DNA of 58,599 bases. Source: Chromera velia (Eukaryota). The first letter of the stretch is position 1, and each line of letters opens with the position of its first letter. Position numbers and translations under genes: made by a program. Shown one piece after another: positions 49,549-58,599 of this stretch. The notes under the pieces were generated by a model that was not told where the DNA came from, did not search any database, and was given only the letters and a program-made list of their open reading frames with translations. The stretch covers positions 1 through 58,599 of the forward strand of contig JAHBMJ010000049.1 of the NCBI GenBank assembly GCA_018398765.1. The letters are read 5' to 3'.

Positions 49549-49627
49549 ACAGTCCAGCTGGTAATCAAGCTAAAAATCTGATCGACAAGAAGATGAACTG
49601 CATGAGTAACTTGAAGGCAGCGCTATA

Positions 49628-51010
49628 GAGGCAGCGCTGTGGGAGATAAAAATCATAAAAAGTTGTACGTCTACAAAACCAGGCAAATTACTACTAAACA
49701 AACCATCCGGCGTTCTAGCTGGAGTTTTATTAGGACCTGGATAGGATAGGATTTTATATTCCGGGAATCCCCGCCGTGGTTCACTGATAGCATATATAGG
49801 ATTCATGTAACAATCATCTTCCGGCTGCTGGGGGCCTGGCCCCCATGGTCTATTAATTATAGTTGTAAATGCATGAATATACCTACTAAGCTAATCCTTC
49901 GGCTATTGTAGTGCAGTGTTATATATAGTATTTGCTATAGAGTGAATAATATATGTTATTGCAATAGTGTAAGTTGAATTAATGGTATTTTAATGCGTAC
50001 ATGCTAAATAACTACACCCCGTAAAAAATACTGAATTAATTTGATACTAGATTTGATATAGGTTTTAGGTACTACAATTAGAGATACAGAGTACAAGCAG
50101 TAATCCATATAACTTGAACTTCATTTTTAAAATTCCAATTAGACTAGTTCGTTACTAGAGAACTAGGCTCAACTAGCTTAGAGTATACGTAAAGCTTAAT
50201 TGATGATCATGTGATTTCTTTTTGCCACTTTTGGGCCGTTTTAAACCTACTAGCTGTAGTAACCAGATTTGATTTGATTTGATTTGAAGTAGGGCTTAAC
50301 CCGCGGCTGCCTCTATGAGGCAGCGCTGTGGGAGATAAAAATCATAAAAAGTTGTACGTCTATAAAACCAGGCAAATTACTACTAAACAAACCGTCCGGA
50401 GTTCTAGCCGGAGTTTCATTAGGACTCGGATAGGATAGGATTTTATATTCCGGGAATCCCCGCTGTGGTTCACTGATAGCATATATAGGATTCATGTAAC
50501 AATCATCTTCCGGCTGCTGGGGGCCTGGCCCCCATGGTCCATTAATTATAGTTATAAATGCATGAATATACCTACTAAGCTAATCCTTCGACTAGTGTAG
50601 TACAGTGTTGTATTCAGCGGCAGTAGTATATAGTATTTGCTATAGAGTGAATAACATATGTTATTGCAATAGTGTAAGTTGAATTAATGGTATTTTAATG
50701 TGTACATGCTAAATAACTACACCCCGTAAAAAATACTGAATTAATTTAATACTAGATGTGATACAGGTTTTAGGTACTACAGTTAGAGATACAGCCTACA
50801 AGCAGTAATCCATATATTTTTGAACTTCATTTCTGAAATTCTAATTAGACTAGTAGTTCGTTACTAGAGAACTAGGCTTAACTAGCTTAGAGCATACGTA
50901 AAGCTTAATTAATGATCATGTGATTTCTTTTTGCCACTTTTGGGCCGTTTTAAACCTACTAGCTGTAGTGATCAGATTTGATTTGATTTGATTTGAAGTA
51001 AGGCTTAACC
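49628..51010. repeat. Tandem duplication of a ~680-bp noncoding unit (49628-50301 and 50317-51010)
   Basis: Both units start GAGGCAGCGCTGTGGGAGAT and end GGCTTAACC, separated by a 15-nt linker. Confidence 0.93.
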
Positions 51011-52953
51011 TTAAATCAAATCAAATCTTAGGCCTGAGAAACTTTGGCATGATAGGGCCTATCAAATTCTATCAAATCTACTTTAAATCTGACCCTTTAA
51101 CCTCAAATCTTCGACGTCAATCCGTTATCCAGTCTCTCAAATAAGTCTTCACACTTTTTTATACGCCATGCAAAAAAAAAAGATCACAAAAAGATTTTTT
51201 CATCGGCTTCACATGAATATGAACGCCCAAAAGCTTTTTCAAATGTCTGTTCAATAAAAAAGAGGTCATCCAGTCTATTTTCCAAACATTCAAGTTTTGA
51301 TTGAGGGTTTAAGCTAATTAAAGTGGTTTTTTGTTGTACTGTGGCAGTTTTTACGCTTCTTTCTTTGTCTTAGGCCCTTTTTGGCTCCCCCCTTATTAAA
51401 CTGATCAACGATACCAAATAATCCTAAATTCTAGTCTTAAATATCAACGAATTCGGAATTCTTATCAACGAATTCTTATCTAGTGACCATGTTTGATTTG
51501 ATTTGATTTGATTTGATTTAATTTGAGGTAGGGCTTAAGCTCAAATCAAATATCCAGTCAGGGAGGACCTAGTGTTTAAAGACCTATCAAATACGATCAA
51601 ATATTTGATCAATATGACTTTCAACCTCAAATATGAAGGTCCCGAAAAAACTTTTTGCAAGTACCGATCCGTCACGCATGCTAATTCAAATGAAAAAACC
51701 TAAATCTTGATGGTTTGCTCTCAAAAAAAAAACGTTTTGAGCTGTACTGAAAGTGACGTTTCACCCCTTTTTACTTCATGCAGAGGTAAACCGATCAGCT
51801 GAACGTTTTCCCGAACAGCTGTGTTGACTTTTCTGGTGCTGGAACATCTTTTACGGCCCCCTTTTTGAGCGTCTGCAAACATTTTACACCCTGTAAAGAC
51901 ATGTTACACAATCCGACAGGGTCGAACGAGAAGAAAGAGGCATTTGTTTTTAGAGCCGGGTACGCAAAAAAAATATTGTCCGTGCAAAAAGGGGCAAATG
52001 TGATTCAGTGTTAGGTGAAAATACAAGGAGAAAGGGGGAAGGTTCTCTGTCTCACCCCGTTGTTATCTCTCCGCAACCGAATAGAAGCCTAGGAGCACCC
52101 ACTCCTGAAAAGCTAAAAAGCTAGAGAAAAAGCTTTCAGCAGCTCCCACCACCGATCGATTCGATTCACATTGAAGAAAGTGATCATGAAGAAGAGGAAA
52201 AGGAAGTGCCATAAAGCTGAGTGATTGTCACCTCAATTTTGGTACGTGCTCTAACTTTATCGTATTAACAAAAAGTCCTATGCAATTTCAAATCTATCAA
52301 TTTTACGTTCTTAATCTCTATTAGTACTAGAGTGAGTCTCAGTGACTAGTGTATATACACTGCCATACAGGCATATTTTTTTTATGGAACTGATAAGTTA
52401 TAATTTTATATATATTTTTTTAAATTTTTGAAACACACATCAGAAATGTTCTGATAACTATTGTCATGAGAAAAATGATCAGAGTGATAGTAAGTCAGTG
52501 ACTCAGTAAGGAATCCTAAGAGGTTAACCTCAAATCTTACCTCAAATATCAAATATTTGAGGTTGAAGCTCAAATCAAATCAAATCAAATCAAATATAAT
52601 CAAATCAAACATGGTCACTATTCTTATTAACAAATTCTAGTCTTAAATTAAGATGACTCTCTAGGATGACTCTAAGATAAAAACTGATGTAAACTCTTAG
52701 CTTTAACAATTAATAGCTCATTAATTTTAATATATTAATTAAATTGAGAGTTTTAATTTAGCTTTTAGTCTAGTTTTTAGTGATTTTCTTATCTCTAGGA
52801 CTTTCTAGGATTTGCTAGTGGTGTCGACTGTACGTGTCATATCGTCTTCAGTGCTGTCGAGAGTGACCTCTAGACTTTAACCTCAAATCAACCTCAAATC
52901 TGGTCAGATTTGAGCTTGAAGCTCAAATCAAATCAAATCAAATCTGGTTACTA
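50966..52953. mobile_element. Non-autonomous hAT-like DNA transposon (outer element)
   Basis: Perfect 8-bp TSD ACTAGCTG (50958-50965, 52954-52961). TIR TAGTGATCAGATTTGATTTG pairs with CAAATCAAATCTGGTTACTA. ATTTG subterminal repeats; no ORF. Confidence 0.85.
51481..52620. mobile_element. Non-autonomous hAT-like DNA transposon nested in the outer element
   Basis: TIR TAGTGACCATGTTTGATTTGAT pairs with ATCAAATCAAACATGGTCACTA. Flanks TTCTTATC and TTCTTATT match at 7 of 8 positions. Confidence 0.85.
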
Positions 52954-53062
52954 ACTAGCTGTATGATAATGTTATAATGATTGCTAGAATGACTGGCATC
53001 GTATATATCATGAGTCATATACTAGGTCATACATATATTGAATGAACCTAAGAGTGAAAACT

Positions 53063-53910
53063 TAGAGTTAGTAAATGCCGTTAGTACCAAATGTCGACAT
53101 TTACAACACCTCTAGTGTCAACATCGGCATTTGAAACGGCATTTTGTAGCAAAAATAACGTTTTTATTACTGTGCAGTAGATATCAATAGATTAATTGAG
53201 TCTCTCTATATAGAATGTTACTTAGTAAGAATGATTAATCGATTGAAGAGTTTATCGTAAGAATTGGGCAATCACTACAACTGTCGATCTCACTCTTCTA
53301 AGCCTAGTTCGAAACATTTTTTAAAGCAGAAAAAACGACTCCCAGAGTCACAAGGAGTCTAAAGAACAGACTTTTGAGGACCAGACTAAGGTCTGATATC
53401 TGAAAAAGCTTAGGCCAAACAGGCTTCTCTGGACTCAGAAGTCTAAAAAGGGCTATGATGCATCAATAATGATAAAACATATACCGACACTCTCCATCTG
53501 GTCCATGCAGGTAACTTAGTTCCAACAGGGGATAATGACTTGGAATGCATGGTTGGTGCACTGTGGACTCCAATAGCTAGTCTAATAACATGGATAAAAA
53601 TTATTATACACTTGTTGAACTCAGATCTTATAGTTAGTCAGTTGATGATCATGCAGAAGATTCCAGTCTACAGTCAAGACATTTTCAGCAGTTAATTCCA
53701 CACTTCTTAAATTTATGAAAGTCCTATACTAGGTCCTATAGGCCGGGTTGATCGATTCAGGTCGAAGGTCAGGCCGTTAGTCTAAGACTCTAAGCAAACT
53801 ATGAAATATGTCGGCATTATATTGAAACAGAAATGTCGTTGTCGATCAGTGCCGTTTATACCTCTAATATCGACAACGGCATTTATCGCCTGCGGCATTT
53901 ACCAACACTA
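53063..53910. mobile_element. Non-autonomous hAT-like DNA transposon, different TIR family
   Basis: TAGAGTTAGTAAATGCCG pairs with CGGCATTTACCAACACTA (16/18). Flanks TGAAAACT and TAAAAACT match 7/8. Subterminal CGGCATT repeats. Confidence 0.75.
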
Positions 53911-55087
53911 TAAAAACTTACTAGTAAGAACATATAGGAACCCTAGTAGGAACCTAGATAGGAACCTAGATGATGATGATGATGATAATGTATGGGGTTA
54001 AAGCCGGTGAGCCGTATAGACTCTGGCCAACCTAGGGCATCATACATAGAGTTAAACTTTCGACTTAGGCCCCACTAGAGTAGATTGAATCGATGGAAGC
54101 CTGACAGGGGTGGGGCTCCACCTCTAAGCAAACAGGCTTTTGCTTCATCTAGTAGTTCTCTTACAGGCTAAGTTACAACACGCTCTCTATCCTACCCTTG
54201 AGATGATCGAGGACTGCCTGCATTTCGCCCGTAAGAGGGTTCCCATGACCAATCAAAGCGCCAAAACAGCACTAGCACGCCTGAGCGGAGGGGGAAACGA
54301 GAAGGAAAAGGAAAAAACAAATACTTCAGGGGGAACAGAAAGGACGGAGATGGACTCCTCTGTTTTTGTGTCCTTTTTTCCCCCAAGGGCCATGGGTCAG
54401 TGAGATTCTTTCTGTCATTTCGTGTCAGTTAGAGGTCCGTTAGATGACCTCTAAAGAAAATCACCCAAGGCAGAACGGGAGGAGACGGAGAGAGAAAAAG
54501 ATCAGAACTCCCAATCTCCTTTGATCCCCTATCTTTTCTGCCGAAGACGTATGAGCAAAGGTTTCTCTCTCCATTCAGTTCTTGTTCGGTCAGTTCAGTC
54601 AGTTCAGTCGGTTCATCCCTGAGGCACGACTTGTTTTCCAGGGGAGTGAAATAGCGAGTAGTAAGCATGATAAAGAAGTTTAAAAAGGGGAGAAAAAGAG
54701 AGAAAAACGGAGACGCCGCACGTAGCATGCATCCCACTCACAGACCCGCTTGTAAACCGCACGAGCACGAGCGTTCCGCGCGCCCCCCTGTACCCGTGCA
54801 GGCTCGAGCCCGTCACCTCCCACCGCCTCCCGCGCTCACGCGAGGGGTGCCATCCGAGCCCCGCAGCCTGGGCCTCATGGGGTCGTCCATCTCGCGTTTC
54901 CCCCTTATATGCTTTTCGCTCACCCCCCGATTGATTCCGTTCCACCCTTGTTTGTTCCTCAATCAATCAATCAATTAATCAGATGAAACACACTTGGACA
55001 GACGTAATGAAATACTCCCCTCAAAAACAAGTACGGTCGTCAAGAATGAACAACGATGGGGAAAGAGTGAGAGGAACTGAGGGGAAA

Positions 55088-55220
55088 GGAAGAAAGAAAG
55101 AAAGAAAGAGAGAAAGAAAGAAAGAAAGAAAGAAAGAAAGGAAGAAAGGAAGAAAGAAAAAAAGAAAGAAAAAAAGAAAGAAAAAAAAAAAGAAAGAAAG
55201 GAAGAAAAGAGAAAGAAGGA
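55088..55220. repeat. (GAAA)n microsatellite
   Basis: Read directly; lies just beyond the 3' end of the LINE coding region. Confidence 0.9.
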
Positions 55221-55356
55221 CAGACTGAGGGAATACATACAGCTACTTACGAAGGCAATCGGAGATCGCCCGTGCGCCTGCAACAGGGTGCTTTTCGAGG
55301 AGAAGTGTGAAGATCTCCCTCACTTTCTTCTCATTTTCGCTCACACCCTGTCCCAA

Positions 55357-58300
55357 CTACTGCTTAGCCATTTGTTGTGCCCACACAATCAAGTCCGACT
55401 TAGAGCGAGCGTCTCTTGCTTTATCCAAAAGCCTATTTATACGTCTCCTCTCCCCTTTGATCCCTTTGCATTCAGTCAACTTATGGACAACATCATTCAG
55501 ATGGCCACGCCCATACAAATCGAGGGGGCAGTGCTCGCAGACCGTCTCTACCTCCCCGTTCAGAACTCCCCCCCCCCCAACAGTGTATGGGCAATTGGCC
55601 TGACGTTGGCCTCCGAACAGAGCAGCCTCCTGGAGAGAGGTTGAACTATAGGAACACGCTGCCCGCTTGAGCCGGTCCATCCTCCCATGATAAGATGGGC
55701 CAAGCGCTGTCTAGACGGATGTTCGACTTGGAAGACCGAAGGTCTCACTCCGTTAGGAAAAACCCCCCCCCATCCTGCCTGCCCTCCCCTACCCTGCCGG
55801 CCCTCTTTTTACAAAGAATGGGAGGTAGCTACAAACCAGTCGTCCAACCATTCTTGTACCTTCCTACCTCTCCCTTCTACCGCGAGCTTTCTTTTTAATG
55901 CAGCTTTCTCTCCCGGGCCCGAAGGCATCCCCTCGACAGAGAAGAGTTCAGGAGCGAAAGGTCCCACCAACAGCTTGACGGACCTCCACCAATCGCCATA
56001 AAGGCCATCTTTGCAGAGATCTAAAATTTAAAGCCAGCAGGCACACAGTGGGATGTTAAGGAGAGGCTACATAAAAAACCCCCCACTCTTTCAGTCAAGA
56101 TAGCCCGTATCAGGCAAAGGCCGGAGATGAAGAGGGAGAGGACACGAAACGAATTGCAGAGAAGGCCGAAAACCCATCTAACAAAACGTATTTGCAAATC
56201 ATCCAACGTCTTCATGTCTGCCTGACTGAGGGAAAACGCTTCTAGCCCGTAGAGGGCCACAGGAATCCACAGGCCCCGAAAGAGCATAATTTTCGAAGTC
56301 GGAGAGAGACGACCAAGAGAAACACAGAGCCCAATGACCCCCCTGAGTGCCCTCTCTGCCACCCCCAGGCGATGTCTCATAGAGGAATGGAAAGATCCGC
56401 CTTCAAAAAAGGTGCAGCCTAAATATTTATACTGGCCCGTTCTCTCGACTTCCTTCCCTTCAAAGAAGATTGGCTGACTAATATTCTTCTTGCTGCAGGA
56501 AAGCCTCATTACTTTTGTCTTTTTCAAATTGACCGTGAGGCCCCACGTCCGACAATATTCCGCCAATTTATCCATTCTCGCTTGAAGCTCATGCGAAGAA
56601 CGACCAAACAGAACAAGGTCGGCAGCGTAATCGAGGCTTTCGATAAGCTCGGGCCCAACACAGATCGTATCATCCTGACTGATCCTGACTTTCCCTTTTT
56701 TCCTCTTCACCGCTACTTTGGTCTTCTTGTTCCCCTTCTCAATGCCAACCCCTCTCAATCTGCCTGCCCAAGGGTAGTTACGTGCTCTGCTTTCTATAGA
56801 CCTCTTGTCAGACACTGTTCTATCCTTCTCTGACTCTTCCCACCCGAGCTCATCCTCTCGGTGAGCCGAGAGGCGGATGTGGCGGTGCAGATTATTAATG
56901 AACAGAAAGAAGAGCAAGGGAGAGAGAAGGTTACCCTGTTTCACCCCCGCTCCTTCCTGTATCTCCCTATCAGCACCATCGACCCTCGCCCAGACATTAA
57001 AGTACATAGCATGCACCATTAAAACATCACATTCCAACACACCCTCCTCCCGAAGCCGTCTTAGCAACAGACCTCGAGGGACCTTATCAAACGCCTTAGA
57101 AAAGTCAACGAACGTAGCCAGAAGGGGGAGTTTCCGGGCTTTGGAGCTCGCTACGAGTCCCGCCAGCGCCACAATGGCCTCCCTGGTCCCAACCCCCTAA
57201 GGCTTCCTGAACCCCAGCTAGCGGTTGTCTAATGAGGTCTGTTCCCTCAATCTTTCGTCTATTAGGAGGGCAAACAGTTTTGCAAGTAAACACACAATGT
57301 GGATAGGTCTCCATTCCGAGCAGTCAGGAGAGGGGGGGCCTTTCGGAACGGGAACTGCACGGATCAAATTCCAAAGAGACGGCCAATAAGAATAACAATA
57401 AAATAAATTAAAGAGGACACAAAGAAGGAAACGAGAAAGGGGAGAGGAGCTGAAACAAAGGTTAAGATGCCTGGGGGAAACGCCCCCAATTCTATCAGCC
57501 TTACTCGTATCGATCGATCGGAGTGCACCGATAATCCTTTTATAAGCTAGTTTATAAGAAAAGGCCGGGGGAGGAGGGGGAGAAGAGAGAGAGAAAGCAG
57601 GGGAAGCGACTGGAGGAGGAGGGAGCCCTTCACCCTCAAATACAGAGGCCCAGAAATCAGTAAAAGCCGCGGGGGTCGGTCTGTCTCCCCCACCTCTCGC
57701 ACTGCTCGTTTCCCTCTTCTACCTCCAAATCGCCGAAAGATCGGTCGCAGCCTCCCTTGCTAACCTCTCTGCTTGCCTGTTCACGTGTTCAGTTTCTTTA
57801 CGGGCAAACAGTCTCTTCCTTGTTCTGCAAAGGGACTCAAGCTTTCGCTTCGCACTCTGGGTGGGACCTCCCCAGTCACCTTCATCTGCCCCCCATATTC
57901 CTCTCAGGTCCTTCCATTCTCTCTCGGCCTCTCTCACCTCCCTTTGTTTAGCCACACATTCCTCATCCCACCAGTCTGGCCGGGACGACTCCCGTTGATT
58001 TATGTCCTTTCTTTCTTTCTTGTTTTCCTTTCTGCTTCCCATCCCTACCCTTTTGGAATTCCCACTGGCTAGGCATGTCTGCCAGGAGTCAGAAATCTGT
58101 CGTAACTGCTCTGTCAGAGAGAAAGACACTGCATCTGATGGGGGCGGCTCGGGCAGAGGTTTTGGGGGATCGAAGAAGTGAGGAACAGCGTCTTCCCACT
58201 CCTGCGCTTGACGTAAACCCTCATCCTATAAGTCTAGCCCCCCATTCTCTGTGAGCGCTTTCAGAGAGAGGGCCACCCCCATCAACTCATTGTCGCAGAC

Positions 58301-58599
58301 AGGGGTATATCTGCCTACTTCACTCAGATGAGAGAGAGGCCGGGAGAGGGATGAGTCAGAAATACATTCATGCATAGACGAAGAGGGAGGAGAAGAGAAG
58401 TCAAGAGAAAGAGAGACAGCCGTATGCTGCTTTGCGACCTCTGGACGTGACTCAACCACGTAAGAAGAGAGATAACAAAGAAGCAGAGGGTTAATCAAAG
58501 GAATGTCAATTACCGACTTAGACTTCCCACTCTTAAAGGTCCATGCCCCGGTCAGTCTGACCTCCACCTCCCTTCTTTCATCCTTTAGGTGCAGACCGG
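55357..58599 (-). mobile_element. Decayed non-LTR retrotransposon (LINE) ORF2: APE endonuclease end, reverse transcriptase, C-terminal Cys/His motif; continues beyond the window
   Basis: WTFKSGKSKSVID (APE C-terminus), PDWWDEEC linker, FVDFSKAFDKVPR, GVKQGNLLSPLLF, DYAADLVL, WGLTVNLKKTKVM, YKYLG and CEHC...HKLTEC. Multiple stops and frameshifts. Confidence 0.9.

Noticed and set aside
49570..49806. Duplicated small ORF MNPIYAISEP... (also at 50313-50495)
   Set aside because: It is part of a noncoding tandem duplication and the C-termini differ.
49829..49843. GGGGGCC-T-GGCCCCC hairpin as a Helitron 3' end or terminator
   Set aside because: No convincing CTRR terminus at the expected spacing and no U-tract; no Rep/helicase is nearby.
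54140..54978. Small gene(s) between the TIR elements and the LINE
   Set aside because: Short ORFs lack motifs or a consistent splice model.

Overview
This is eukaryotic, intron-containing genomic DNA. GT-AG introns (often with GTCAGT/GTCGGT donors), tetranucleotide microsatellites, PPR and RAP organellar-RNA proteins and an ankyrin family suggest a chromerid alveolate such as Chromera (inference only). Genes I could rebuild by hand: an ABCG-type nucleotide-binding domain (-), a 5-exon secreted orphan (-), a PPR-like protein with a 2-kb internal duplication (+), a membrane-anchored cyclic-nucleotide phosphodiesterase (-), a PP2C phosphatase (-), a RAP-domain protein (+) and a GT61 glycosyltransferase (-). 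The GT61 gene sits between two inverted, disrupted ankyrin-repeat paralogues. Mobile DNA includes a complete 2.5-kb gag-only LTR element (AGT...ACT termini, 5-bp TSD, PBS, PPT, seven-hairpin array), three non-autonomous hAT-like elements (one nested in another) and a decayed LINE. The strongest cross-cutting signal is that repeats carry mostly C-to-T/G-to-A changes at CpG and CpA, for example a gag frame with seven stops and no frameshift. This resembles a RIP-like or methylation-driven repeat-inactivation process. Exon coordinates are manual and unverified by RNA data.
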